A stretch of 64,000 bases of DNA from Myxococcota bacterium (GCA_028278345.1 JANQEL010000277.1:11889-75888); one strand, 5' to 3'; positions 16,190 through 26,000 are shown, counted from the stretch's first letter. The notes: a model not told the origin generated them from the sequence alone. Numbers and translations: made by a program.

Positions 16190-17363
16190 CGTGGTAGTAC
16201 CAGGACGCCTCCCAATCGATGAGTTCACCGCCTGAGAAGTCGGTCAGGATCGTGAGACGTGGATTAGTTCGATCGGCGTCGGTGCCGGTCGCAGACAGTT
16301 CGGGACCCAGCCACACGCGGTGAGAACCTGCGACGTTCTCGGCGTGACACGTAAACCCGAAGTAGTACTGATCGAGCACGATCGTATCGATGGGATCGGA
16401 TCCGCCGATCGTGCTGCTCACTGAGCCAGTAAGAAACCCAGATCCCAGCACAGCCGAGAAATCCTCGACCATCATGAACGTCTTCGTTGTCGCCGACGGT
16501 ACATCGGTGTACGTGGGGGCAGCCTCGTCGGCCACGAACTTGAACTCACGAAGCAGCGTCAACCCATCGTCGTCGTAGATCCGCAACGTCAGATACGAGT
16601 CGGTTCCGACGTTGCGGTGAAAGAGGATATGGCCGCGCTGCACGCCATCGATGTCGAGCTGAAATCGACACTCGTCGCCGACGTTCACGTTCGAGATAAA
16701 CGATCCGGCATTCGTCTGGATGATCCCGGCTGCTTGCTGCAGCGAGGCCAACGCGAGCTGCAGGAACCCCGCTGCTTGGATGCCGTCGACTGTGTCGGCG
16801 TCGCCTACCGGGTCGCCCACCTGGACGTAGCCAGATGCAGCCACACCTCCGAGCGTGGCTGCGTCGACATTGCCGTCGTCGAGCAGCGCGGCGGTGCCGA
16901 GGCCCAGCGCGGCTCGGAAGCCCGCGTGATCGAGCACGCCGTAGCCGCGGCGAACCTCACGCCACTTCGATGTACTTGAGTCGTAGCGTACGATGATCCA
17001 GCGCGACGAAGTGAGATCCCAGTTTGACGCATCCTTCAGCACAATCCCGCCAACGCCCTGGTCGTGACGGATCGTCGTCGTGTTCCCAGGCGTGAGTGGC
17101 GATAGCTCCAGCAGCGCCCCGTCGACGTAGGGCGTTGCTGTGATCGTGTCGAGGTTGTCCGCCGATGCCGATCCTTCGTTGTCGACCATGACCCAGGCAG
17201 CCGAAGGCGCGAGTGCGCCCGTCGTGATCTCGGACGATTCGGCTACCACTGCGCCGATCAACTGTCGAACGACATTCAGCGTATCGTCGAGGTCCGCACG
17301 AACGTCCGCTGTGAGTCGCGTCGGATTTGTGATCTGCCCATCCGGGGGAAGCGGATCCGCCAC
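16179..17363 (-). CDS. tail fibre-like protein
   Basis: Motifs typical of fibre shafts (ALGLGTAALLDDGNVDAATLGG..ASGYVQ, DADTVDGIQAAGFLQ). Lies directly downstream of the gpJ-like gene. Confidence 0.55.
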   Translation of the reverse strand: MADPLPPDGQITNPTRLTADVRADLDDTLNVVRQLIGAVVAESSEITTGALAPSAAWVMVDNEGSASADNLDTITATPYVDGALLELSPLTPGNTTTIRHDQGVGGIVLKDASNWDLTSSRWIIVRYDSSTSKWREVRRGYGVLDHAGFRAALGLGTAALLDDGNVDAATLGGVAASGYVQVGDPVGDADTVDGIQAAGFLQLALASLQQAAGIIQTNAGSFISNVNVGDECRFQLDIDGVQRGHILFHRNVGTDSYLTLRIYDDDGLTLLREFKFVADEAAPTYTDVPSATTKTFMMVEDFSAVLGSGFLTGSVSSTIGGSDPIDTIVLDQYYFGFTCHAENVAGSHRVWLGPELSATGTDADRTNPRLTILTDFSGGELIDWEASWYYHDVP

Positions 17364-20300
17364 CTAGTAACCTCCGATTCGAGCGTCGACGTCGCGAGTG
17401 ATACGGGTCCCCGTATCGTCGAAGACGTGCACCTCGGGCCCGTTCGTGGCGTCCTTGTCGATGACTGTTGCATAGCCGGCACCGCTGCCCTGCACAGTCA
17501 CGATCACGTGCTTGATGACCGAGTAGGTCTTCGTGATCGGGAGCCTGGGATTCCCGGCCGCCGCAATTTCGAAGTCCTCGATGAACTCGACTACGTCGTC
17601 GACGTCGATCTGCACCACGAACTCCGAAATCCGGCCCTCGGTGTTGCCCGGTTGGGTCGTCACCCGGAACTCGTAGGTCACGTTCTGCGCGATGATCTCG
17701 CCCGGCCAGGGCAGCCAGTTCGCCCCGCCCTGCTCGCGATACTCGATCGACCAGCCGTCGCCCGTGACGGTGATCGCAATCGTCATCCGGTTCGGCACTG
17801 ACGCCGCGGGCGGCGTGTAGCTGTCTTCGTAGGTCAGGCCCTTGTAGCCCTGGTCCCAGAACGGCTCGGCGTCGCCAGGCCAGAACGGCTGGTCATCCGC
17901 AGGCCAGAAGAGCGTGCCCTCGGCGTCCGCAACCAGGTCGCCGGATCCACCCTCGACCGTGCAGTCGGTCTTCGTCCCGGTGAAGCCGTTCGCGTGGAAG
18001 TCCTCGGTCTCGAGGATGTTGTCGAACTCCGGTGGGTTGACCGTCTTGACGATCGAAGCGGCGTTTACGCTGCGGTTCCCGGCTTGGTCGACTGCCTTCA
18101 CCAGAAACGTTCGCTCGCCTGAGGGCGCTCCCGAGATGTCGACGAACGCCTCCGTGATCAGCCCGTCGTGAAACGGAATCGCCGTCTCCCAGGTGGTGTC
18201 ATTTCCCGCCTGGCTTCGAAGTTCGAACCCGGCCCAATCCCGCGGCGGGTTGGGATAGCTCCAGGAGAGACGCGTCGGTCCCTCCCCTCGGAAGTCTGTG
18301 ACGTCGGGCGGCGGCGTCGATGTTCCGACCACCGTGTGGCCTGAGAGCGTCGCCCACTCGCTCGCGCGGCCGTCCGCGCGGACGCCCCGCACGCGCACGT
18401 CGTAGGTGATCCCCTGGTCGACGTCGGGGAAGGCGATCGCGTGGTCGCCTGCGTTGACGTAGGGCAGCGTCGACCAGGGCCCGATCGGGTCCGAGGATCG
18501 AATCTGCGCCTGGAAGAATTCTGTCGGGATCAGCGCGTTCTGTGGCGTCGTGACGGTGATTCGGATCTGCGGAGCGAACGTGCCGTCGCGGTTCTGCAGA
18601 AGCACCGACTCGTCGGACGCGATCGAGGTGATCTGCGGCCGCTCGGGCACCTGCAGGGCCGGAGCGCGCGGGTCGGTCATCTGCGGGTCGAACGTAGGGA
18701 TCGCGCCCGTGTCGGCGTCGTAGATCTCGGGGGAGTAGTCGACGCACTCGATGCGCGCGCCGAGGTCCGAGTTCGGGAACACCTGGTGGACGATGTAGTC
18801 GCCGGTCTCCTGGCCAGACTCGCCGACCGTGGCAACGTCGCCGACTGCTGGTGGAACGGTAAGCGACGAAACGTCAATGCCACCCGGCTGCGCAGCGATG
18901 AAGAGTTTCGCTTCGACTCCAATGTTGAAGATCACGAAGTGCACGGTCTCGTTCGACGCCGAGCGAATCCGAAGGCCGTATTGCAGCGCCGGGTCGTAGT
19001 CGAGCGCTTCGTCGAGTGTGACTGCGAGGATCTCGCCGCCCGGCGCGTAGGTTATGTGCGTGATTCGACCGCTCACGACCCCAACGAGCATCACGTCATG
19101 CGTGAGCCGGAAGCGATCACCGCGCGTCAGCCGAAGCGACGCGATGTCGGTTTCGAACGAGTAGATCTCCGGGCGCAGCTTCTTCGCCGCGATGTGGTAG
19201 CGGCCTTCTTTCCACGCGCGATCGGCGTCAGCCACGCCCCAGAGATCGATTCGGCCGAAGATCGTCGGTTCGGTGGTTCCGCCGAGTCCGTCGTTCGTGT
19301 AGCCGTCGTCGCCGACCACGATCTCGTCGGGCTGGTAGCCGGCGTCGGGGTTCACGAACCCAACGCGAACGGCGTGCAGTTCGCGCTGAAACACCTTCGA
19401 GCCGCTGAAATCGTGAACGTCACGAGGGGTGAGGTGCGAGATGACGGCGTTCTTCACCTCGTCGACGACGACGCCGTACTTCCCATCGATCAGGGTCGGC
19501 GCGCCTCGAGCGGTGCCGGCGATGTCGCGCGCGAGCTGCCCGATCGTCGACGTGAAGTCGACCACCGCGTCGAAGTGGATCCCCTCGTTCGTGTTCCGAT
19601 CGGCCCAGGCCGCAATCGACGGCGCATCGATGCGATCATTCGAGACTGGCCGCGGGTTGTGCGCGCCGCGGTAGACCTCGGCGAACGCCCACGCGGGATT
19701 TCGAGTCGCCTGCAGGCTCGTGTTCGTCGAGAGCTTGTTCGCGGGCCCCCACCCGTCTCCCTGCGGCTCGCCCGACGACCAGACCGGGAGGATCGACGTC
19801 GCCATCGCGTTGAAGTCAGTCACCTGGCCGGCGAGCTGGTCGCTTGCCTTGATCCGCATCTCGACGAGACACAGATTCGGAACTCGAGGTCGCGTACCCG
19901 GGCGGATCGATCGAATCTTCGTCCAGACGCAGTCCTCCGCGCGCGATTGGACGATCTGATCGCTCGACTGGTACGTCGTATCGATCCGCTGGACGTTGAT
20001 CTCCCACTGCCCCGCTGCGGGCGGGATCCAGTGGACGCCGCGGATGATCTGGCCACGCACGCGGCCGCGGATCCGAAACTCTCCCGCGCTCGGGTTGGTG
20101 ACCCCGGTCCCCAGCGTGTCGGCCGTGACATCGATCCAGGGATCGGGGGTCCCGGCCGCGCGATATTGGATCGAGAGTTCTACCTCGACCCACTCCGGAT
20201 CCCCGTCGTCCTCGTCGAATCCGATCAGACCCGCCGGGAACGTGAAGTCGAGCGAAACCTCGTGCGTATCCGCAGGCGTCGTCCGGGTGCCGACGGTGAC

Positions 20301-21113
20301 ACCGTCCTCGAGGGTGACCGCGAAGTCGTCCTCGTCGACGCCCTGCGTGAAGATCGAGAGCGGTGCATCGGGGGTAGGAAAATCGTCGTCGTAGCCCGGA
20401 TGGACGACGTAGTCCTCGGGCGGAACGAGCTCGTCGATCGGCGTCTCGCCGATCTTGAGATCGGTGAGCTGCAGAGGCCCGTATCCGAAGTCGAACAAGA
20501 GCCGTAGGTAGAAGTCGTCGCCGAGAGCCTCGGTATAGGGCTTCGCCGCGTAGCGAGGGAATCGCAGGTACTGGCCGAAGTGGCGCACGACCGGTGCATA
20601 GGGCGCGAGCCGGTTCTGCTCGCCGACCAGGGCGGGCGATTGCTCGCTCGTCGGGATGTCGCCGTCGAAGGGTTTCGTCGGCGCCGGCGCGAGGAGCGAG
20701 CTCGTGCCGGAGTAGATCGCTAGGCCGCCGGCGGCAACACCGCCCACAGTGCCGAGCGTGACGCCGGTCGCACCCAGTAGGGCACCTGCCGACGCGATCG
20801 CCAGTCCCACACCAACGACGATCGAGAGAACTGCTTTTCCGGTGCGGCCCCCGTGCGGAACGGGGATGCAGACGATCGACGTCCCGGGCTTCGGCCGCGT
20901 CTTGTCGAACAGCGCCGCGGGTACACTGACACCGTCAACCAGCACCTCGACGTGGTAGTGCCGACACGGGCACAACTCAAACTGCTCGAGGATTTCGGCC
21001 AGCGTGGCACCGTGAGCGATCTCCCGGACCGGGGTCTTACCGACGCCGAACGGATTCCGAAGGGCTACCGCATGGACCGGTGCCGGAAGTATGTCCTGAT
21101 TCGGCGCTGCCAT
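17364..21113 (-). CDS. fused tail assembly protein I-like / host-specificity protein J-like central tail fibre
   Basis: N-terminal roughly 200 aa mirror lambda gpI (ubiquitin-like segment ...SIVCIPVPHGGRTGKAV, then a Gly/Ala-rich hydrophobic stretch). The remainder is a more than 1000-aa gpJ-like body. Position follows the gpK-like gene. Confidence 0.8.
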   Translation of the reverse strand: MAAPNQDILPAPVHAVALRNPFGVGKTPVREIAHGATLAEILEQFELCPCRHYHVEVLVDGVSVPAALFDKTRPKPGTSIVCIPVPHGGRTGKAVLSIVVGVGLAIASAGALLGATGVTLGTVGGVAAGGLAIYSGTSSLLAPAPTKPFDGDIPTSEQSPALVGEQNRLAPYAPVVRHFGQYLRFPRYAAKPYTEALGDDFYLRLLFDFGYGPLQLTDLKIGETPIDELVPPEDYVVHPGYDDDFPTPDAPLSIFTQGVDEDDFAVTLEDGVTVGTRTTPADTHEVSLDFTFPAGLIGFDEDDGDPEWVEVELSIQYRAAGTPDPWIDVTADTLGTGVTNPSAGEFRIRGRVRGQIIRGVHWIPPAAGQWEINVQRIDTTYQSSDQIVQSRAEDCVWTKIRSIRPGTRPRVPNLCLVEMRIKASDQLAGQVTDFNAMATSILPVWSSGEPQGDGWGPANKLSTNTSLQATRNPAWAFAEVYRGAHNPRPVSNDRIDAPSIAAWADRNTNEGIHFDAVVDFTSTIGQLARDIAGTARGAPTLIDGKYGVVVDEVKNAVISHLTPRDVHDFSGSKVFQRELHAVRVGFVNPDAGYQPDEIVVGDDGYTNDGLGGTTEPTIFGRIDLWGVADADRAWKEGRYHIAAKKLRPEIYSFETDIASLRLTRGDRFRLTHDVMLVGVVSGRITHITYAPGGEILAVTLDEALDYDPALQYGLRIRSASNETVHFVIFNIGVEAKLFIAAQPGGIDVSSLTVPPAVGDVATVGESGQETGDYIVHQVFPNSDLGARIECVDYSPEIYDADTGAIPTFDPQMTDPRAPALQVPERPQITSIASDESVLLQNRDGTFAPQIRITVTTPQNALIPTEFFQAQIRSSDPIGPWSTLPYVNAGDHAIAFPDVDQGITYDVRVRGVRADGRASEWATLSGHTVVGTSTPPPDVTDFRGEGPTRLSWSYPNPPRDWAGFELRSQAGNDTTWETAIPFHDGLITEAFVDISGAPSGERTFLVKAVDQAGNRSVNAASIVKTVNPPEFDNILETEDFHANGFTGTKTDCTVEGGSGDLVADAEGTLFWPADDQPFWPGDAEPFWDQGYKGLTYEDSYTPPAASVPNRMTIAITVTGDGWSIEYREQGGANWLPWPGEIIAQNVTYEFRVTTQPGNTEGRISEFVVQIDVDDVVEFIEDFEIAAAGNPRLPITKTYSVIKHVIVTVQGSGAGYATVIDKDATNGPEVHVFDDTGTRITRDVDARIGGY

Positions 21114-21520
21114 GCTGGACCGTTGATCCTCTCGAGCGTGGTGCCGCGCCGCGGGAAGACGTGGAGCATCATCCCATCGCCTGCGTACACCCCCACGTGA
21201 CACGGAAACCCCCGAAACGAGCACCAGACGGCATCACCTGGCTGCGGAGACTCGACCTCGTCCCACGCGGCGACCTGGTCTTCGAAGACCGCGAAGACGC
21301 CCGCGTGGTCGTCGATCGACTCGTATCCGCCCGAATAGCTCAGGAGCTCAATCGCGAACTCGTGCCGATAGACCCACCGGAGAAGACCCCAGCAGTCCCA
21401 ACCGGCACGGTCACGTCCGTGATCGAGAAACGGAACGGGCGGGCTGACGTAGTCGTTGGTCCAGCCCGGGCCTAGAAGGCGTCGGGATACAGATAGGGTG
21501 TCGCAGTGTGTTGCGGACAT
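21065..21520 (-). CDS. NlpC/P60-family tail peptidase (lambda gpK / GTA g14 analogue)
   Basis: Catalytic-Cys motif GWDCWGLLRWVY and a His in CHVGVYAGDG. Synteny M-L-K-I/J. Confidence 0.75.
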   Translation of the reverse strand: MSATHCDTLSVSRRLLGPGWTNDYVSPPVPFLDHGRDRAGWDCWGLLRWVYRHEFAIELLSYSGGYESIDDHAGVFAVFEDQVAAWDEVESPQPGDAVWCSFRGFPCHVGVYAGDGMMLHVFPRRGTTLERINGPAWQRRIRTYFRHRSMR

Positions 21521-21945
21521 CGCAGGTTCGATACGTCGTCGAAGATGAGCTCGCCCGAGACGGTAAGAGCGTTGTACTCCACCGATTCGAGCTCGAAGTT
21601 GAAGGGCCCCGCCTCGACCGTGTCGGGGTCGCTCGCGAGGACGATTTCCATCGTCACCGCGGGGCGGCCAACTGCGTTGCGCACCGCTTGGACGATCTGT
21701 CGGTCGACGTTGTCGAGCGTGATTCGCACGCTCTGACTTGCGCCCTCTGTCTCGCCCGGAAGCTCGGCCGAGAACTCCATCGCCGCATACACGTTCCCGC
21801 GGCTCGTCACGTTGACGTTGTTCCAGACCACGCGGATCGGTTCGGAGAGGCTCGCCTCGTCGAACTCGAGCAACAGCAGGAAGACCTCGCCGGTCTCCTC
21901 TGCATTGATAGCGGCCTGAGCCACCTGAGAGAGCGTGCGACTCAT
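21472..21945 (-). CDS. minor tail protein (DUF1833-like, in the gpL position)
   Basis: About 157 aa. Motifs ITLDNVDRQIVQAVRNA and a C-terminal ..TPYLYPDAF resemble DUF1833. Synteny. Confidence 0.55.
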   Translation of the reverse strand: MSRTLSQVAQAAINAEETGEVFLLLLEFDEASLSEPIRVVWNNVNVTSRGNVYAAMEFSAELPGETEGASQSVRITLDNVDRQIVQAVRNAVGRPAVTMEIVLASDPDTVEAGPFNFELESVEYNALTVSGELIFDDVSNLRCPQHTATPYLYPDAF

Positions 21946-22295
21946 TGCGGGAGGATCTCGAAGACGAGCGACCCCTTATAGAGATTCGGCTTCGGATTCG
22001 AGAAGCTCGGCGGGCCGACGAGGCGAACCTCGACGAGCGCCGCCGTCCGCGGATGCGTGATCTCGAAGCGCTGCGATCCGTGCGAGGTCGTCGTCTTGTA
22101 GAACGTCAGCAGGTCGCCGAACTGCGACTCGGTGAGCGCGAGTCCCCAGGTCATCCGGTCGACGCTCTCCGTGAATCGCCGGCGCACCTTGGCGGGACCG
22201 GAGTCGGTCTGCGTGCGGACCTTCACCTCACCGATCTCTTCGTTGTATCCGAAGAGCGGCGCCTGCGGAAGCGATGCGGGCCAGGCGATCGGCAT
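21942..22295 (-). CDS. minor tail protein (in the gpM position)
   Basis: 117 aa, immediately downstream of the tape measure gene. ATGA-type coupling. Confidence 0.5.
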   Translation of the reverse strand: MPIAWPASLPQAPLFGYNEEIGEVKVRTQTDSGPAKVRRRFTESVDRMTWGLALTESQFGDLLTFYKTTTSHGSQRFEITHPRTAALVEVRLVGPPSFSNPKPNLYKGSLVFEILPQ

Positions 22296-22298
22296 CGG

Positions 22299-24221
22299 TT
22301 ACGCCCCCGCTGTGCCTTTCGGTCGAAGAGCAAACCGTGAGCGCAGCGGACCGTCGACAGCGCCTCGACCGATCGCCCTTCTCATCACGCCCTCGACCAT
22401 GATCTCAAGCGTACGCTCGCCATTCGGGCCAGTGCCCTCGGCCACGTCGACGTCGGCGCCGCTGCTGTAGATGTTCACGGTCAACCGAGCGGCACCTCCG
22501 ATCGGAGATCCGCCCGAGCTCGCGGCAGCGACCCGGTGGTTAGGGATCACGAACGAGTTCGAGTTCGGGACCACGATCTCGGGTCCGCGTTCCCCGACCA
22601 GGTAGGGCTGGCCTGCTCGCACAGGCCCACCATCAGCACGCTTCCCAAAGCCGAAGGCGGTGAAGAGGGGTTCGAAGATCACTTGCTGAGACAGACGCGA
22701 CAGGAAATCGCGCACGAACGAGTCACCCAACGCCTTGAACGCGTTCTGCCCTGTAAGCAGCGTGTCTGCGAACGCGTGACCCATCGACCGCCGCCACGTC
22801 TCCGCGTTGCCGGTCATCTGTTCAAAGAGCGTCTTGTTCGCATCCTCGAGGTTCTCAGTGATGAGGCGAAGCTCTTCCTGACGAGCGGTGAGATCCCGAA
22901 TCTCCTGGGCCTCTCGGCTCTTCGCGTCGATCCCGAGTTCGCGGATCTGATTCTCGGCGGCGATCGCTGCGGTCACTCGAGCAACCGCCTCGGCCCCTTC
23001 CCGCTGCGCCGTGAATAGGCGTTGCTCTTCCTCCGCTTGGCGGCGAAGTGTCGCGAGGCCTTTCTCGCGCTTGTCGATCAGGCTCTGCTCGGCCTTCGTG
23101 CGGGATTCCTCTCCGCGGCCATCGATGTCCGGTGCGCTCGGTATCGCTGGCGCCCGAGTGCGCTGTTGGAACTCCTCGAGGCGCTTCTCGAGACGATCGA
23201 TCTCCTGGATTCGCTCTTCGATCAGGGCGTCGAACTGGGTCTCGATCGGACCATCCGGAAGCTCACCGGTGAAGATGTTTCGACGCCCCTCGATTGCAGC
23301 ATTCTGCAATCGGATGAACTGTTCGAGTTCATTCGCGGCTTCGGCGAGTCGGTCTTTCGTCTCCTCGATGTTCTTCGGGTCCGCGTTGATAATGTCCCGA
23401 AGACCTGCCCATGCCTGCCCAGCAAAGTGTGCGATATCCGCGAGGCCTTGCGCAGTGTCGAGCATCGGACCAGCGAGATCGACGAGTGCCTCGGTTGCCA
23501 GGACTCGAACCGCGCCGGAGAGCTTCGAGAGCTCATCCTTCGCGTCGACCGCGCGGCGGATCGTATCAGCCCCGAGCACCTGGCCCGCGCCTTCGGCCTC
23601 GGCGGCCAGGCGCTTGAAGTCGTCGGCCATGTTGACCAGGACGGCACCTTCGGAGTCGAAGAGCTTGAACGCGAGGCGAAGGCGCTCTGCTGGTTCGTCG
23701 ACGCCCGCAAGAGCATCCATTGCGTCGCGGAACAACGCTTCGGTAGAGCGCATGTTCCCGTTCGCGTCACGCAGCGACAGGTCAAGCTCTGCGATCGCGT
23801 CACGCGCTTCGCCTGTTCCATTCGCGGCTTCGCCCGCGCGACGGGTGAAGCGCTGCATGGCCATTTCGAGCGTGTTGATCGCGACGCCGCTTTGCTCCGC
23901 CGCGAATCGAGATTCCTGCAGGAAGTCGGTCGTGACGCCGAGCTTCGAGGCGGCCTTATCGATCGCATCCGCGTAGTCGAGTGATCTCTTGACCAGCAGC
24001 CCAAGCCCGCTCGCACCGGCCAGGGCGGCGACGCCCACGTGCACTTTCGAAACGGCCGTCCGCAGCCCCGCGGTCGCGACCTGCGCCTTCGCAAAGCTCG
24101 ACTGCATGCGCTTCGAACTGCGGCTGACTCGGTCCTCTACCCTGCGAAGGTCCCGTCGTAGCGTGCTCGAGTCCGCCTCGAGCTTGATGACGAGCTTCGC
24201 GAGTTCCTTGTTCGTCGGCAT
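22299..24221 (-). CDS. tail tape measure protein
   Basis: 640 aa, highly alpha-helical Ala/Glu/Arg/Leu-rich. Located between the chaperone genes and the minor tail genes. Confidence 0.85.
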   Translation of the reverse strand: MPTNKELAKLVIKLEADSSTLRRDLRRVEDRVSRSSKRMQSSFAKAQVATAGLRTAVSKVHVGVAALAGASGLGLLVKRSLDYADAIDKAASKLGVTTDFLQESRFAAEQSGVAINTLEMAMQRFTRRAGEAANGTGEARDAIAELDLSLRDANGNMRSTEALFRDAMDALAGVDEPAERLRLAFKLFDSEGAVLVNMADDFKRLAAEAEGAGQVLGADTIRRAVDAKDELSKLSGAVRVLATEALVDLAGPMLDTAQGLADIAHFAGQAWAGLRDIINADPKNIEETKDRLAEAANELEQFIRLQNAAIEGRRNIFTGELPDGPIETQFDALIEERIQEIDRLEKRLEEFQQRTRAPAIPSAPDIDGRGEESRTKAEQSLIDKREKGLATLRRQAEEEQRLFTAQREGAEAVARVTAAIAAENQIRELGIDAKSREAQEIRDLTARQEELRLITENLEDANKTLFEQMTGNAETWRRSMGHAFADTLLTGQNAFKALGDSFVRDFLSRLSQQVIFEPLFTAFGFGKRADGGPVRAGQPYLVGERGPEIVVPNSNSFVIPNHRVAAASSGGSPIGGAARLTVNIYSSGADVDVAEGTGPNGERTLEIMVEGVMRRAIGRGAVDGPLRSRFALRPKGTAGA

Positions 24222-24233
24222 CGGAACTCGCCG

Positions 24234-24599
24234 TTAGTGCGGCCGAGATCCGTTCTCGTCCGCGACATCGGCGAGCGATTCAGGCAGTGGCTTCGGCCCG
24301 CTCATCACCCGCTGCATGAAGGGCGTGAGTCGTTCGATCGTCTCTCCCAGGCCGAGTTCGAATATCGCGTCGTCGATCTCCTCTCGAGTCGGCGCGCGGT
24401 TCTCGTCCCCGGACGTGAGCAAGACCTCGAGGACGTGGCCCGATTCGGTGTAGCTGCCCTCGACCAACGCGAAACGGCGCAGAACCACACTGATCGGACC
24501 GCATCGCTTCTCGATCTCAACCATGTCTTGGGGGGTGCACCGAGCGGGGAGCTCGCCCAGTGCGGGCGAGAGGTCGATCGTGAACGCGTCCAGGTTCAT
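24234..24599 (-). CDS. tail assembly chaperone-like protein (second GTA g10-like copy)
   Basis: Similar to the N-terminal half of 24596..25189 (..TP.DMVEIE...GPI..V..R). Sits just upstream of the tape measure gene. Confidence 0.5.
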   Translation of the reverse strand: MNLDAFTIDLSPALGELPARCTPQDMVEIEKRCGPISVVLRRFALVEGSYTESGHVLEVLLTSGDENRAPTREEIDDAIFELGLGETIERLTPFMQRVMSGPKPLPESLADVADENGSRPH

Positions 24600-25189
24600 T
24601 CTGCGATTGCCTCCACGTTCGTTGCGCGAGCCCTCTGGCGCAGCTCACGCTCTGCCGCACGAAGCCGGTCGGCAATCGCGCGCTTGTCGTCGTCGGTCAG
24701 GGCGTTATCGCGATCACGATCGCCCCCGTTGGCCAGGACGAAGGCGTCGTACACCGCCCACCACTCCGGAACCGTCCAGATCCAGACTTCGTCGGGCGAT
24801 TGCCCCCAGACCGCGACGGCCTGCGCGACGAAGGTCTTCGCTGGAAACGACTGCGGCCCATCCACGTCGGGGTCCGGCGCCGGCGCTTCATCACCCCGCA
24901 CGAAGTAGGAGAGCGCCAGTGACACAGCACATTGGATCGCGCGATCGGTGCCTATCGAAAGAACCGCCCCGCCCACGTCGTCGTAGATCTCGCGATCCAC
25001 GCATGCCCGAATCACACCGAGGAAGTCTCGGTACGACGGTCCGCCGATCAGGCGGTGTGTGACGTCGACGATCGGTCCGAGATCCTCTTCGATCTCGACC
25101 ACGGCCTCGAGCGTCGGCCTGGCAATGAGGCCCGCGAACTCGACTTCGCCGCGGTCTCTGTTGCTAGCTCTCGGCCTGGAGCGTGACAT
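24596..25189 (-). CDS. tail assembly chaperone, with g10-like and g11-like segments in one frame
   Basis: N-terminal GEVEFAGLIARPTLEAVVEIEEDLGPI resembles RcGTA g10. C-terminal VWGQSPDEVWIWTVPEWWAVYDAF resembles the g11/TIGR02216-type motif. Confidence 0.5.
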   Translation of the reverse strand: MSRSRPRASNRDRGEVEFAGLIARPTLEAVVEIEEDLGPIVDVTHRLIGGPSYRDFLGVIRACVDREIYDDVGGAVLSIGTDRAIQCAVSLALSYFVRGDEAPAPDPDVDGPQSFPAKTFVAQAVAVWGQSPDEVWIWTVPEWWAVYDAFVLANGGDRDRDNALTDDDKRAIADRLRAAERELRQRARATNVEAIAE

Positions 25190-25580
25190 CGTCCGCGTTC
25201 TCGAAGTTCACGGACATTTCCGCGAACCCGCGGCTCTGGCTGGCCAGACCGAGGTTCGTGATCTGGAACGGACCGAAGATCTCCTGGCCGTTGCCGAGAA
25301 TGATCTTGATGTTGATCCGCTTGTCGTTCGCGTAGGCGACCTGAAGAAGTCGCGTGGGACCCGTTTCGTCCGAGAAGATGAGTGTTCCCGAGTGGGATGT
25401 CTCCGTGATCACGCCGGTCGTGAAGAGCTGTCGTTGACCGCCACTGTCCTTCGTGTCGGTGCGCTCCTCGGGATTGCTGATGGTCAGGTTGTCCGTCAGC
25501 GCATCCGCGAGGATGTTGAAGTTCTCGGGAGTCGCGCCGTCGCCGATCGCTACTCGAACTGTCTTTCCTTCGATCTTCAT
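25164..25580 (-). CDS. major tail protein (TP901-1 / GTA g9-like)
   Basis: 138 aa. Resembles the GTA g9-type major tail protein (…GPFQITNLG…SVNFE…). Position is upstream of the chaperone genes. Confidence 0.7.
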   Translation of the reverse strand: MKIEGKTVRVAIGDGATPENFNILADALTDNLTISNPEERTDTKDSGGQRQLFTTGVITETSHSGTLIFSDETGPTRLLQVAYANDKRINIKIILGNGQEIFGPFQITNLGLASQSRGFAEMSVNFENADDVTLQAES

Positions 25581-25613
25581 TCGTCAGTTCTCCGAGCACT
25601 CAGAACGAGCGCG

Positions 25614-25979
25614 CTAGAAGGGAAGAATCACCGCGGCAACCTTGAGACCGGCCGCGTTGTCGTAGGTGACGTCCACCATGTTGTCGCCGAGGTCGTTGAA
25701 CCGAGCCCCTTCGAACCCGATCTTGATGAAGCCTTCGAATCCGTCGGGAACCGTGATCGGCTCATCGTGGTTGAACCCGAAGTTGCAGTCGTTCGGCGCC
25801 ACGAAGGTGACGGTGCGAACTGCTCCGGCGGTGCTCTTCACCCAAAAGCCGATCTTGACGCCGGCGCCGTTCAGGAAGTCGTCTCCTGCGGCATCCGCGT
25901 CTACCGCATCGGCTTCCGCGTCGATGTCGAATGCGGCCGTGGGCTCTTCCGGGAATACGATGCGATCGAGTGTCGCCAT
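25614..25979 (-). CDS. hypothetical phage protein, paralog of 15498..15818
   Basis: See 15498..15818. Located between the tail terminator and major tail genes. Confidence 0.5.
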   Translation of the reverse strand: MATLDRIVFPEEPTAAFDIDAEADAVDADAAGDDFLNGAGVKIGFWVKSTAGAVRTVTFVAPNDCNFGFNHDEPITVPDGFEGFIKIGFEGARFNDLGDNMVDVTYDNAAGLKVAAVILPF

Positions 25980-26000
25980 GGGCGAGCTTCCTCCTAGCGA

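Noticed and set aside
18441-20507. 688-aa plus-strand ORF antisense to the gpJ-like gene
   Set aside because: A high-GC antisense shadow ORF with no motifs. The minus-strand gene fits tail synteny.
22536-24094. Multiple ORFs (23011..23976, 23022..23984, 23222..24094) overlapping the tape measure gene
   Set aside because: These are off-frame or antisense products of a repetitive helical gene. Ser/Arg-rich composition.
24596-25189. Programmed -1 frameshift (G/G-T type) in the tail chaperone genes
   Set aside because: No convincing slippery heptamer was recognised, and the two ORFs are joined by a simple ATGA overlap. Left as an open question in the findings.
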